Shown one piece after another: positions 20,076-30,221 of a stretch of 64,000 nt of DNA. Numbering within the stretch: position 1 is the stretch's first letter; each line of letters starts with the position of its first letter. The stretch spans positions 2,152,616-2,216,615 of the forward strand of contig OZ245843.1 in assembly GCA_965228875.1 (NCBI GenBank), written 5' to 3'. The position numbers and the translations under genes are program-made. Origin of the DNA: Thalassobaculaceae bacterium. GTDB taxonomy: Bacteria > Pseudomonadota > Alphaproteobacteria > Thalassobaculales > Thalassobaculaceae. The notes beneath the pieces were generated by a model, which did no database searches, had not been told where the DNA came from, and worked only from the letters and a program-made list of their open reading frames with translations.

Positions 20076-20576
20076 TCACCGGCCGCGGGCAAGCCGCATG
20101 ACGAGGACGAGCACGATGCCGTAGAGTACATGGCCGACCAGCGCGACCCAGGTGATGCCAGTGAAGTTCAGGAAGAACGGCAGGCCTGCAACGGCGGTGA
20201 CGCCTCCGATGGCGAAGACCCAGAGTCCGAACCCGTAGATCGCCGAGGGCAGGAACCAGCCGCCAACTCCGCCGGTCACCCGATCCCACGCGGGCTTGAA
20301 GACATAGAGCCAGCCGACCGGGTAGCCGACCAGTCCGACCAGATAGAAATGCACGAAGTAGCCAGCGAAGTCGTTCGCCGGCAGTCCCAGGGCGCCAAGC
20401 AGGCTGCGCGCCAGGCCATGAGGCGACAGGCTCGCCCATCCGATCGCGGGACTGACGAGTTGGCCCCAGATGTCGAAAGCGGTGGTCGCAGCGGCACCCG
20501 CCAGGAACATCAGGCCCAGCGTCGCGGCATCGAGCGGCGGAATACGGGAGGTTCGGGGCGATTGGGCGTCTTCCAT
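20076..20576 (-). CDS. Hypothetical membrane protein (about 4 TM)
   Basis: Several hydrophobic segments; C-terminal ALVGHVLYG. Confidence 0.7.
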   Translation of the reverse strand: MEDAQSPRTSRIPPLDAATLGLMFLAGAAATTAFDIWGQLVSPAIGWASLSPHGLARSLLGALGLPANDFAGYFVHFYLVGLVGYPVGWLYVFKPAWDRVTGGVGGWFLPSAIYGFGLWVFAIGGVTAVAGLPFFLNFTGITWVALVGHVLYGIVLVLVMRLARGR

Positions 20577-20679
20577 CGGTATAACGAGCTCCTGGCTGCA
20601 AACGTCCGGATGTGGACACTGCCCGCCAAATGGCCCGACCTCACCAATGGTTACGCGATCCTCCCGACGATCGTCTCCG

Positions 20680-23667
20680 TCACCCGGTCGACACGTCGCG
20701 CGAAGAGATCGCCCTGCGGTCGATCGCCCCGCGGTCGGTCCGACTCTGGTCGACCGCCTTGCCCAGCGCCTCGACCAGCCCGTTCACGTCGATCGGCTTG
20801 GTCAGATAGTCGAAGAACCCAGCCTCCCGCCCCCTGGCCACGTCCGAGGGCATCGCGGCCGCGGTCAGTGCGATCACGGGAATGTCGCGCGTGGTCGCAT
20901 CGGTCTTCAGGCGTCGGAGCACCTCGTAGCCGTCCATTCCAGGGAGATGCAGGTCCAGCAGGATGATGTCCGGCAGGATGCTGCGCGCCAGGTCGAGCCC
21001 CAGGGAGCCCGACGGCGCGGTATAGAGCTCGGTTTCCGGCAAGGTCCGCACGATGCTCTCCATCAGGCGGACGTTCGCCGGATTGTCCTCGACGTACAGG
21101 ACCGAGCACTGAAGCTCCGCTTTCTCGGTCGCCGGCCTGCCGAGCGCCCGGCTGGTCATCCCCTGAACGTGCTCCGTCGCCGCGGGAAGGTCGATCCAGA
21201 ATGTGCTGCCCTCGGTCGGAACACTGGAGAAGCCGATCTCGCCGCCCATCGCCTCGGCGAGCTTCCGGCACAGGGAAAGGCCGATACCGAAGCCCTCCAC
21301 CGAGGTGTATTCGGCACCGAGGCGGTTGAACGGCTCGAACATCCGCGACTGAAGCTCGTACGGAATGCCAAGGCCATCGTCCTCGACAGCGATCCTGATG
21401 TCGGCTCCGGCGCGACGACAGTGGACAGTCACCGAACCGCCGGCGTTGTTGTACTTCACGGCGTTGGACAGAAGGTTGAGCAGCACCTGGCGCAGGCGCT
21501 GGGCGTCGGCCAGGATCAGCCCGTCGAGCAGCAGGTCGCCGACGGTGATGGTGACGTCCGCCTTCGATGCGATCGGCTTCATGGTCGTCACCGCGTGACC
21601 GATGACGTCGAGCGGGCTCACAGGCTCGATGGACAGCTTCATCCGGCCACTCTCGATACCGGCGAGATCGAGCAGTTCGTTGACCAGGTTGAGCAGGTGA
21701 TCGCCACCCTTGATCACATGGTCACAGTACTCCACCTGCTCTTCGGTGAGGGTCCCGGCACTCTGGATCTTCAGCATCTGGGCGAAGCCGATGATCGCGT
21801 TCAGCGGGGTGCGCAACTCGTGGCTCATGCGCGCCAGGAAATCGGACTTCGCCCGGTTCGCGGCCTCCGCCTCGGCACTCTTCTCCCGAGCCTCGACCGC
21901 ACTGCGCTCCGCCGCTTCCCGGGCGCTCCTGAGCAGGTCCGCCTGCTCCTGCTGATGGGTGACGTCGCGCGAGACGGCAATGAACTCCCGCGCCGCCCCG
22001 GTCTCGGGATCGACGGCCAGCCGTGCCCGCTTCTCGATCCAGATCCATGCGCCGTCGCGGCGCCGGAACCGGTAGAGCGCCGTTGTCGCGCCGTCGCGCC
22101 CCAGGCCTTCCCGGTCATTGATCTTGTCGTACTCACCCAGATCGTCCGGGTGGATGCGACTGCGCACGGAGATCGCCTGCAGTTCGTCGGGTCTGTACCC
22201 GAGAATCCGTTCCGCCGCGGGTGAATCGTAGAGGCGCCGTCCATCCAGGGCGATGCGCGAGATCACGTCGCTCGCATGCTCGGCGATTAGCCGGAACAGG
22301 GCCTCCCGGTCCGCGATCTCCCGCTCCGCCGCGCGACGCGCCGTGACATCGGTATAGGTTCGCACGACTCCGCCATCGCCGATCGGCAGAGTCCTGATTT
22401 CCAAACAGCGACCCTCAGCGGTCGTGCGCTCGTAGGTGGTCAGGCGATCGCGGACGGAAGACGGCTCGGTCTTGTTTCGCTCCTCGTCGCTCAGGTTCGC
22501 GAAATCACCGCGGGCTTCCTGGAACGCCAGGACATCCCGGGCATGGGGCGGCGACTCGAACATCTCCTCCGGCAGGTCCAGAAGGTCGAGCGCCCGGGAG
22601 TTGTGGACCTGCAGGAATCCGTCGCGGTCGACCATCAGCAGGCCCTGATCCATGTTCTCGAGCGTGAGGTGCAGTAGGTCCGCGACCTGGCCATGGGCGC
22701 TCTCGGAGGCGACCGCCCGATCCTTGGCCTCCTTCAGTTCCCTTGCCATGCGTCGTTGATCCGCCAGCACCGACGAAATGGGCAGGGCCGTCAGCGTCGC
22801 CGTGGCGGCGAAGGCCTGGAGCAGCAGAACGCGCTCCTGCATCGGCGCGTCCATGAGCGCCAGCGGACCGATACCGAACAGTGTCGCCGAGAGCGCGACG
22901 GCGCCGACCGCGACAACGCAGATGGTCGCGCCGGCGAGGCCCAGGTAGAGCGCGGCGAGCGCGAGGGGAAAGGAGACCACGAAGAGCAGCGGTATCGCGC
23001 TCTGGCTGAAGACAAGGATCGCCGACAGTACGGCCAGCGCAAAGATCAGCACGGTCTTGAGAAGCGCCTCACGCGACAAGAGGCCCCTCACAGCGTCACC
23101 CTGGAGCGAACGGACGAGGGGCACGACGATCAGCAGCCCAAGAACATTGGCGGGATACCAGAGGCGCAGAACGTCGAAGAACGGCGCGCCGACCGTCGTC
23201 GAGAGCACGCCCGCCCCGAAGATTGCCGAAAGCATGGTAGGCGGCCCAACGGCGATCGCGACGAAGACGGCCAGCGACCGGGTGCCTGTCAGATCATGTT
23301 GGTTCGCGAAGAGCCGGAACAGCAAGGCGAACAGGACCGCTTCCAGAACGTTGGCGGCCGACAGGCCGAGCGACACCACGTGCGGATTCCCCGCGACCAC
23401 GTTCGAGGCAACGAACCCGGCGAACGCCCCCGCCAGCAGCCATGGCCAGCGCCTCGCCGGTTGATCGATTAGGGCGCAGGCCAGGATGGCGTTCGAGAAC
23501 CAGATGACCGCAATGAACTCGGTCTCCCGCGACAGGGAGACCCCGGCCCAGGCGGACAGGAATACCGCCGCGCCGACGGCCAGGGTGATCGCCCAGGTGG
23601 TGGCCGTCCAGGAATTGGACCGCCTCTCGCGAGAATGCGCGCTGTCGATGAGCGTGTGCTCCACCAT
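20680..23667 (-). CDS. Hybrid sensor kinase: MASE1-type membrane domain, PAS domains, HisKA, HATPase, REC
   Basis: Multi-TM N-terminus; LENMDQGL PAS; FLARMSHELRTPLN; N/G1/G2 boxes; VEDNPAN, LLDLHLP and LTKP receiver motifs. Confidence 0.92.
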   Translation of the reverse strand: MVEHTLIDSAHSRERRSNSWTATTWAITLAVGAAVFLSAWAGVSLSRETEFIAVIWFSNAILACALIDQPARRWPWLLAGAFAGFVASNVVAGNPHVVSLGLSAANVLEAVLFALLFRLFANQHDLTGTRSLAVFVAIAVGPPTMLSAIFGAGVLSTTVGAPFFDVLRLWYPANVLGLLIVVPLVRSLQGDAVRGLLSREALLKTVLIFALAVLSAILVFSQSAIPLLFVVSFPLALAALYLGLAGATICVVAVGAVALSATLFGIGPLALMDAPMQERVLLLQAFAATATLTALPISSVLADQRRMARELKEAKDRAVASESAHGQVADLLHLTLENMDQGLLMVDRDGFLQVHNSRALDLLDLPEEMFESPPHARDVLAFQEARGDFANLSDEERNKTEPSSVRDRLTTYERTTAEGRCLEIRTLPIGDGGVVRTYTDVTARRAAEREIADREALFRLIAEHASDVISRIALDGRRLYDSPAAERILGYRPDELQAISVRSRIHPDDLGEYDKINDREGLGRDGATTALYRFRRRDGAWIWIEKRARLAVDPETGAAREFIAVSRDVTHQQEQADLLRSAREAAERSAVEAREKSAEAEAANRAKSDFLARMSHELRTPLNAIIGFAQMLKIQSAGTLTEEQVEYCDHVIKGGDHLLNLVNELLDLAGIESGRMKLSIEPVSPLDVIGHAVTTMKPIASKADVTITVGDLLLDGLILADAQRLRQVLLNLLSNAVKYNNAGGSVTVHCRRAGADIRIAVEDDGLGIPYELQSRMFEPFNRLGAEYTSVEGFGIGLSLCRKLAEAMGGEIGFSSVPTEGSTFWIDLPAATEHVQGMTSRALGRPATEKAELQCSVLYVEDNPANVRLMESIVRTLPETELYTAPSGSLGLDLARSILPDIILLDLHLPGMDGYEVLRRLKTDATTRDIPVIALTAAAMPSDVARGREAGFFDYLTKPIDVNGLVEALGKAVDQSRTDRGAIDRRAISSRDVSTG

Positions 23668-23914
23668 CACCAGGTGTCCTGAACCCGAGAGTGAATCTAC
23701 GCAAAATTTAGTCCAAAACAGATTAATTAACGGTGAACGGGCGACGGGCCGCAGGCGAAGACGGGCGGCACCGAATGGCGCCGGAAAGGGGACGGCGCAT
23801 CGGCCAAACGCACGATGGGCGGCTGCGCCGCCCATCGTCGCGGTCCGGGACTCCTGCCCGGCCGACGCCCTGAAAAGACTGGAAAACCGGTCGGTCAGAC
23901 CGGCGATACGCGGA

Positions 23915-25369
23915 TCAATCCGCCGTCGGGAACACCATCGGGGTCATGGTGTCGATGTCCCGGGACGCCCAGTCGCGCTGGCGCACTCCCGAGACTGTGA
24001 TCTGCTGATACTCGTTCAGCTTGGCCGAGGCGTCGGCGACGTCGATGCGCTGCACCTCGCCCTTCGAGACCACCTTCTCGCCATGGACCCAGACGTCCTC
24101 GACGGCGCGGTCACCGGCCGAATAAATCAGGCTGCGGATCGGGTCGCGCAGCGGCTGCATATACGGGTGGCCGCAATCGACCACCACGAAGTCAGCCTTG
24201 CAGCCGGGTTCGAGCCGGCCGATGTCGTCGCGTCCGATCAGGGCGGCGCCGCCGGCCGTCGCCGCATAGAAGATCTGCTCGGTGGTCGCGTTGGTGAAAT
24301 CGCCGGCCATCAGCCGCCCGGCGATCATCGCCACCTCCATCTCGTGCAGGAAGTTGTGCGGGAAAGTGTCGGTGCCGAGGCCGAGCGGAATGCCCGCCTC
24401 CATGTACCGGCCGACGTGGTTCAGCGCGATGCCGCGGCGCCAGAACACGTTCGGACAGTGCGCAACGCCGGCTCCGGACGCCACCAGCCGGCCGAAATCG
24501 TTCGCCTGCGGCCAGTGCAGCCAGGGATGGTCGTTCAGAAAGATGCCGTGGGCGACGATGGTGCCGTCGGTCAGCACCCCGAGATCGTCCAGCCATTCGA
24601 TCGGCGTCATGCCGTGGCGATGGGTCATCTCGTTGAACTCGACCACGCTCTGGGCGGCGTGGATGTGCATGGTGATGCCGCGATCCATCGCCTCCTTGTG
24701 GGAGGCCTGGATCAGCTCTGCCGTGCAGGTGTCGATCTGCGATGGGCCCATCATGCCGGACATGCGGCCGGACGGATGCGCGTCCGCCTCGTCGATGGTC
24801 GCCATGGCACGCTCCATGGCGCGCTCGCCGGCCGCCTCGTCCCAGTCGTACACCACGGAGTGGCCGTCCTTGGTGGTCCAGGACGCGGAGCGGTACATCG
24901 GGCACAGCACGCCACGGATACCGGTCGAGGCCACATCCTCGACCCAGCCGTCGCGGGCGATCGACAGGTCGCAATAGGTCGTCACGCCGCTCTTCAGCAT
25001 CTCGTGGATGGCGAAGCGCATGGCCGGGCTCGCCCCCTCGGGCAGCATGCGGAACACCGGCATGTACTCGTAAAGCGAGGACTGTCCCAGTTTGGGCGAA
25101 CCCAGTTCCTCGTTCAGCCCCTTGTTCCCCGGCTCGGAGGCCGGGTGGCTGTGCACGTCGACGAAACCGGGAACGATCATCTTGCCCGCCCCGTCAAGGG
25201 TCACATCGGCCTCGCCGTCATATCCCTTGCCGACATGGATCAGCTCGTGGTCGCGAAAGGCGACATCCGCGCCCTTCAGGTAGACATGCCCGCCGGTCCC
25301 CTCGGCGCCGCCCTCCGGGTTCCAGCCGATCACCCAGTCGCAGTTCCTGATCACCGTCGTGCGGCCCAT
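23915..25369 (-). CDS. Atz/Trz-like metal-dependent amidohydrolase
   Basis: PGFVDVHSH, GVTT, HIHAAQS..E, AHG, HCP and LGTD motifs. Confidence 0.88.
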   Translation of the reverse strand: MGRTTVIRNCDWVIGWNPEGGAEGTGGHVYLKGADVAFRDHELIHVGKGYDGEADVTLDGAGKMIVPGFVDVHSHPASEPGNKGLNEELGSPKLGQSSLYEYMPVFRMLPEGASPAMRFAIHEMLKSGVTTYCDLSIARDGWVEDVASTGIRGVLCPMYRSASWTTKDGHSVVYDWDEAAGERAMERAMATIDEADAHPSGRMSGMMGPSQIDTCTAELIQASHKEAMDRGITMHIHAAQSVVEFNEMTHRHGMTPIEWLDDLGVLTDGTIVAHGIFLNDHPWLHWPQANDFGRLVASGAGVAHCPNVFWRRGIALNHVGRYMEAGIPLGLGTDTFPHNFLHEMEVAMIAGRLMAGDFTNATTEQIFYAATAGGAALIGRDDIGRLEPGCKADFVVVDCGHPYMQPLRDPIRSLIYSAGDRAVEDVWVHGEKVVSKGEVQRIDVADASAKLNEYQQITVSGVRQRDWASRDIDTMTPMVFPTAD

Positions 25370-25528
25370 GGTCTTCCCCGTCGCTGATTGCAGATCCGCC
25401 GAAGGAGCCCGGCGAACGGGGAGTGTGATCGTCCACCCGCGCGGCGTCAAACCGGAGAAATGCCCCCGGTCGCAGTCCGGCACACGCTATCCGCTTTCCC
25501 GCGCCGCCCTGATCGGCTATGCGGAGAA

Positions 25529-26206
25529 ATGGTGTTTCCACGTCCAATCCAGGCGGTCGTGTTCGATCTCGACGGCCTGCTGATCGACACGGAGTCCGGG
25601 TTTCGCGACTCCCTGTTCGCTGCCGCCGCCGACCGGGGCTGCGACGTCCCGCTCTCCCTGTTCCACCAGATCATCGGCGTGCCGATCACGGAGAGCGTGA
25701 AGACACTGCAGGCTCATCTCGGCCCGGACATCGACGCCGATGCCCTGTACACCGACTGCTGGCATCGGTTCCACGAGACGATCGACCTGGAGAACATCCT
25801 CAAGGCAGGGGTTCTTGAAGTGCTCGACCACCTGGACGAGCTGCGCCTGCCGCGTGCGATCGCGACATCCTCGCCCCGCGACGCCGTCGACCGGCACCTG
25901 GGCCCGAGTGGCGTCATCGCGCGGATCGATGCCATCGTCGCCAGGGGGGAATACCCACGCTCCAAGCCGGCGCCGGACCCCTATCAGATGGCCGCCGCGC
26001 GGCTGGGCATCGATCCGACCACGTGCCTGGCCCTGGAGGACTCCCACAACGGCGTCCGCGCAGCGCACGCCGCCGGTATGATGACGATCATGGTCCCCGA
26101 CCTTCTGACGCCGACCGAGGAGATGCACGAGAAGTGCATCCACATCGCGCAGACCCTCCACGAGGTTCACGATCTGCTCCGCGCGCACGGGCCGGCAAAA
26201 GGTTAA
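25529..26206 (+). CDS. HAD family phosphatase
   Basis: FDLDGLLIDTE, ATSS, KPAPD and LEDS..G motifs. Confidence 0.92.
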   Translation: MVFPRPIQAVVFDLDGLLIDTESGFRDSLFAAAADRGCDVPLSLFHQIIGVPITESVKTLQAHLGPDIDADALYTDCWHRFHETIDLENILKAGVLEVLDHLDELRLPRAIATSSPRDAVDRHLGPSGVIARIDAIVARGEYPRSKPAPDPYQMAAARLGIDPTTCLALEDSHNGVRAAHAAGMMTIMVPDLLTPTEEMHEKCIHIAQTLHEVHDLLRAHGPAKG

Positions 26207-26299
26207 CTCCGGAGGCGGGCACTCGCCCGACCGCCCCGGACGGCCGCATCAGAGCGTCCGGGGCGGAGAGTTTGGACGGCTCCTCCCGCCGCTTCGCCG

Positions 26300-27928
26300 T
26301 CAGGCCACCTGTCCCTGGCGGTCGTAGACAACGTCGCCGCCGAGAATCGTCAGATCGCACTGGGCGCCGATCCAAGCCTCGGGCTCCGTCGCGAACAGGT
26401 CGGTGTCGAACACCGCCACGTCGCCAAGCTTTCCGACCTCCAGAGTACCCTTCAGGTTCTCCTCGAACGAGCCATAGGCGCTGTTGAGCGTGTAGGCGCC
26501 GATCGCCTCCTCGACGGTGATCGCCTCCTCGGGGCCGATCACCGTACCGCGCGAGGTCTTGCGCGTGACCATGTTGTAGATGTTGCGGAACGGGTTGGTC
26601 TGCGAGACCGGCCCGTCGGAGCTGCCTGACGGATGCAGGCCGGCGTCGATCCAGCTACGCATCGGATAGCTCGCCGCCGGCCGCTCGGGACCGAGGGCGT
26701 CGAGATACAGATCTCCGAACTCGTACAGGAAGATCGACTGCGGCGCGGGCAGCACGCCGACCCGAGCCATGCGGGCGATCTGGTCCTTGGAGAGGAACCC
26801 GCAATGCTCGATCCGGTGCCGACGGTCGGTGCGGGTCTCGTTGCCGATCGCCTTCTCGTAGCCGCTCAGGACCTGCTCGATCGCCGCGTCGCCGATGGCA
26901 TGGGTGGCGATCTGGAAACCGCGGGCGTGGTAGTCGGCGATGTAGCCGTGGATCTCCTCGTCGCCGTAGATGAAGATCCCGAAATTCTCCGAATCGTCGG
27001 CATAGGGCGAGGACATCGCCGCCGTCTTGCCGCCGGCCGATCCGTCGGCGAACAGCTTCATCGGCCCCGTGCGGACCCACTCGTCGCCGTCGCCGGTCAT
27101 GAAATCCATGTCGAGGATGCGATCGGGCCAGCCGGTCGCACCGGCCAGCGGCATCAGATACATGCGCTGCGGCAAACGACCCTGACGGCGGGCGAAGAGA
27201 TAGGCCTGCCAGTCGCGGTAACCCTCCCGCAGGCCGACTCCCGGATCGGTGCAGGAGGTGAAGCCGTAGGAGAGGTTGAGTTTCGCCCCCGCTTCGATGC
27301 CGTTGACGAAATCGTCCATCCCGGCCTTCGGAAACGCCCGGTAGACGAGCTGCTGGGCGGTCTCCTGCAGCAGACCGGTCAGCTTGCCGTTCTGCGCCTC
27401 CACATGACCGCCGGCGGGCTGGGCGATGCCCTCGCGGATCTGCGCGAGTTCCATCGCCCGGGAATTGGCGACGCCCATGTGGCCGCAGGTGCGCTTGATG
27501 TAGACCGGGTTATCCGGCGCCACCAGGTCCAGTTCCTCGCGCAGCGGATGGCGCTTCTCATCCAGATTGAAGTGGTCGTAGCCGCGGCCCATGATCCACT
27601 CGCCGGGCGCCAGGGTATCGGCCCGCGCCTTGATCGCGGCCAGGACGTCGGCGATCGAGGTGATGTCCTCGCGCTTGAGGTTGACCTCCAGCGTGCCCAT
27701 ACCGACGGCCATCATGTGCTGGTGGGCGTCGTTCAGGCCCGGCACCGCCAACCTGCCCGCCAAGTCGACCTTCCTGGTGCCCGGACCGATAAGCTCGGCG
27801 ATCTCCGACACCGACCCGGTCGCCAGGACCCGCCCCTGCCAGATCGCCACCGCCTCGGCGAAGCCGAGTCCGGGACCAAGAAAGACCTTTCCGCCCGTGA
27901 GGACGGTATCAGCGGCCACCCGCGCCAT
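26300..27928 (-). CDS. Amidohydrolase_3 (YtcJ-like)
   Basis: PGLNDAHQH, KLFADGS, HAIGD, RIEHC and SSDGP motifs. Confidence 0.9.
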   Translation of the reverse strand: MARVAADTVLTGGKVFLGPGLGFAEAVAIWQGRVLATGSVSEIAELIGPGTRKVDLAGRLAVPGLNDAHQHMMAVGMGTLEVNLKREDITSIADVLAAIKARADTLAPGEWIMGRGYDHFNLDEKRHPLREELDLVAPDNPVYIKRTCGHMGVANSRAMELAQIREGIAQPAGGHVEAQNGKLTGLLQETAQQLVYRAFPKAGMDDFVNGIEAGAKLNLSYGFTSCTDPGVGLREGYRDWQAYLFARRQGRLPQRMYLMPLAGATGWPDRILDMDFMTGDGDEWVRTGPMKLFADGSAGGKTAAMSSPYADDSENFGIFIYGDEEIHGYIADYHARGFQIATHAIGDAAIEQVLSGYEKAIGNETRTDRRHRIEHCGFLSKDQIARMARVGVLPAPQSIFLYEFGDLYLDALGPERPAASYPMRSWIDAGLHPSGSSDGPVSQTNPFRNIYNMVTRKTSRGTVIGPEEAITVEEAIGAYTLNSAYGSFEENLKGTLEVGKLGDVAVFDTDLFATEPEAWIGAQCDLTILGGDVVYDRQGQVA

Positions 27929-28024
27929 GCATGCATCTCCTAGGAAAGGGGTGTCTATGTCAGTGGTCTGAATCGGTCGGCCCCGTCGCCTGGACGGGGC
28001 CGATGCCGGGACTGGCGTCTTCGT

Positions 28025-28801
28025 TCAGGCGTCGTAGCCCGGGCTGTAGCGATCCATCATGCGCCGCATCGCCGGCCAGGCGCGCTCGCCGAAGACCCGC
28101 GTGCCGTCGCCCCAGAACTGGTCGGCGGTGTGCTGGCAGACCTCGGGGGACGGCAGGATCAGGTCCTGCCCGACCTGCGCGGCGAGCTGGGCGACGCAGG
28201 CATGCTCGAGGTTCTGCAGGATCTCGAACGCCTCGCCGATGGTCCGCCCGCAGGCGAGCAGCCCGTGGTTGCGCAGGATCATGGCATAACGGCCGCCGAG
28301 ATCGGCCTGCAGGCGCTCGCGCTCGTCGAGATCCAGGGCGATGCCCTCGTAGTCGTGGTACGCGAGATGGTCGCCGTAGAACATCAGGGCGTTCTGGGTG
28401 ATCGGCAGCAGCCCCTCCTTCTGCGCCGACACCGCCATACCGGCGCGAGTATGGGTATGAGCGACGCACATCACCTCGGGGCGGGCCATATGGACGGCGG
28501 AGTGGATGGTGAAGCCGGCCTCGTTCACCTCGTAGGGCGAGTCCATGACGATCTTACCCTCGGTGTCGACCTTCACCAGGGAAGACGCCGTCACTTCCTC
28601 GAACATCAGGCCGTAGGGATTCAGCAGGAAATGATGATCGTCCCCCGGCAGTCGGGCGGACAGGTGGGTGTAGATCGAATCGGTCCAGCGGTAGTGGGCG
28701 ACCAGTCGGTACAGGCAGGCGAGATCGACGCGGATCTGCCATTCCTCATCGCTGACCTGGTCGCGCACCGAGGGGGAATCGGCTTCGTAAGCAAGGGCCA
28801 T
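28025..28801 (-). CDS. Class II aldolase/adducin family protein
   Basis: THLSAR, GFTIHSAVH, HTHT and LRNHG motifs. Confidence 0.9.
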   Translation of the reverse strand: MALAYEADSPSVRDQVSDEEWQIRVDLACLYRLVAHYRWTDSIYTHLSARLPGDDHHFLLNPYGLMFEEVTASSLVKVDTEGKIVMDSPYEVNEAGFTIHSAVHMARPEVMCVAHTHTRAGMAVSAQKEGLLPITQNALMFYGDHLAYHDYEGIALDLDERERLQADLGGRYAMILRNHGLLACGRTIGEAFEILQNLEHACVAQLAAQVGQDLILPSPEVCQHTADQFWGDGTRVFGERAWPAMRRMMDRYSPGYDA

Positions 28802-28934
28802 GGCGGCCTCCTTGGCGGGCGGAAGGGTGGCACAGGATCATCGATGAGAGTGGCGGTCCGGACGGAGAGGGTCAATCCACCAAGTTTGCCGAACTCCAGG
28901 CCGCCGGAAGAGCGGAGCGAGTCTTGCGGTTTTC

Positions 28935-28965
28935 TTGACACGACCCGCAAAATCTTGATGATTCA
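28935..28965 (+). promoter_or_regulatory. Probable sigma70 promoter of the SPOR lipoprotein gene
   Basis: Consensus TTGACA at 28935-28940 with an AT-rich -10 region; GANTC sites nearby. Confidence 0.45.
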
Positions 28966-29003
28966 AGCGATTCTGTGGACCCCGTGGCGAGAGGCCGATC
29001 CGC

Positions 29004-30176
29004 ATGGCGCAGCGCCGACCGCTCCTTCTTCTGGCATTCGCATCCGCGCTGCTGGCCGGCTGCTCCTCCATCGGCGATTTCGGCAGCCGTATCGGCGGCA
29101 CCAGCAGTCCTGAGGACCGGCTGGCCCCGGCGCCGGCACCGATCTATGCGGCCGGCGACACGTTCGTGTTCAGCGAGAACGGTCAGGCGACCCGCGAACA
29201 GGTCGTCTCGGTAGCCCCCGACAGGGTGGTGTGGACCAACGACAGCGGTCTGATCTGGACCAAGGACACCTCCCTCGTCACCCCGCAGCTTCGATGGTCG
29301 TCGCATCCCGAGCTGGGACGCGGCCAGCAGACCGTGATCGGCTCCCCCGAACAGCTGTTTCCGCTGCAGGAAGGCAACGTGATCGCCTACTCCGTGCGCG
29401 GCTCAGCCGAGAACGCGCCGGCCGGCTGGCAGGAGGAGCATCGCTGCGCCGTCTCCGGTCAGGAGGACGTGACCGTCCCCGCGGGCACCTACACGACCTA
29501 TCGCATCGACTGCCAGCGCAAGGATTTCCTCGACACCTACTTCTACTCGCCGGTGGTGCAGAACTACGTGCTCCGGGTCCGCGACTTCGGTAACGGCGAG
29601 ACGCGCAAGGAACTGCTGTCGGTGACGCTGGCCAACGACCGTACCCGCGACCTGCCGGCCACGGTCGCCACGCCGCCGAGCCCGATCCAGGGACCGACGA
29701 GCGACCAGAGCGCCCCTCCGATCACCATGGTGGGCGACGATGGCATGCCCAAGATGGAGGACGAGGCCAAAGCCGAGGACATGATGCAGGGCACCCTGAT
29801 CACCCGGCTGGAGGACGTGGTCTCCCGCTTGGAGAAGATCGCCGGCATGGACGCGATGAAGGAAGGGATGGAGAAGAAGGAGCAGCAGGCGGCGCAGTCG
29901 CCGGCGGCCGGCGGTGGCAACGGCCCCTGGGCGGTGCACCTGGCCTCCTATCGCTCCCAGCGCGGGGCCCAGAACGGCTGGCGCGTGCTGTCGAACCGGT
30001 TCCCGGCCCTCAAGGACAAGCGGATGGTCACCAGCGAGTTCGATCCCGGCAACGGCCGCGGCACCTATGTCCGCCTGATGGCTCGCGGGTTCCCGACCCG
30101 CGACGAGGCCAACCGGTTCTGTGCGCCGATCAAGGCCAACGGCCAGTTCTGCCAGGCCCGCGGCCCGCTGCCCTGA
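29004..30176 (+). CDS. Lipoprotein with C-terminal SPOR domain
   Basis: Lipobox LLAGC; C-terminal VHLASYRS..A..GW..L..RFP..L and YVRL...F....A..FC pattern. Confidence 0.82.
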   Translation: MAQRRPLLLLAFASALLAGCSSIGDFGSRIGGTSSPEDRLAPAPAPIYAAGDTFVFSENGQATREQVVSVAPDRVVWTNDSGLIWTKDTSLVTPQLRWSSHPELGRGQQTVIGSPEQLFPLQEGNVIAYSVRGSAENAPAGWQEEHRCAVSGQEDVTVPAGTYTTYRIDCQRKDFLDTYFYSPVVQNYVLRVRDFGNGETRKELLSVTLANDRTRDLPATVATPPSPIQGPTSDQSAPPITMVGDDGMPKMEDEAKAEDMMQGTLITRLEDVVSRLEKIAGMDAMKEGMEKKEQQAAQSPAAGGGNGPWAVHLASYRSQRGAQNGWRVLSNRFPALKDKRMVTSEFDPGNGRGTYVRLMARGFPTRDEANRFCAPIKANGQFCQARGPLP

Positions 30177-30221
30177 CCGACGCCGCGCGACCGCCCGAAC
30201 GGTTGGTGAGTCCCGTGGCGT

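Noticed and set aside
28955..28966. FNR/FixK box (TTGATGATTCAA)
   Set aside because: Spacing is too short for TTGAT-N4-ATCAA.
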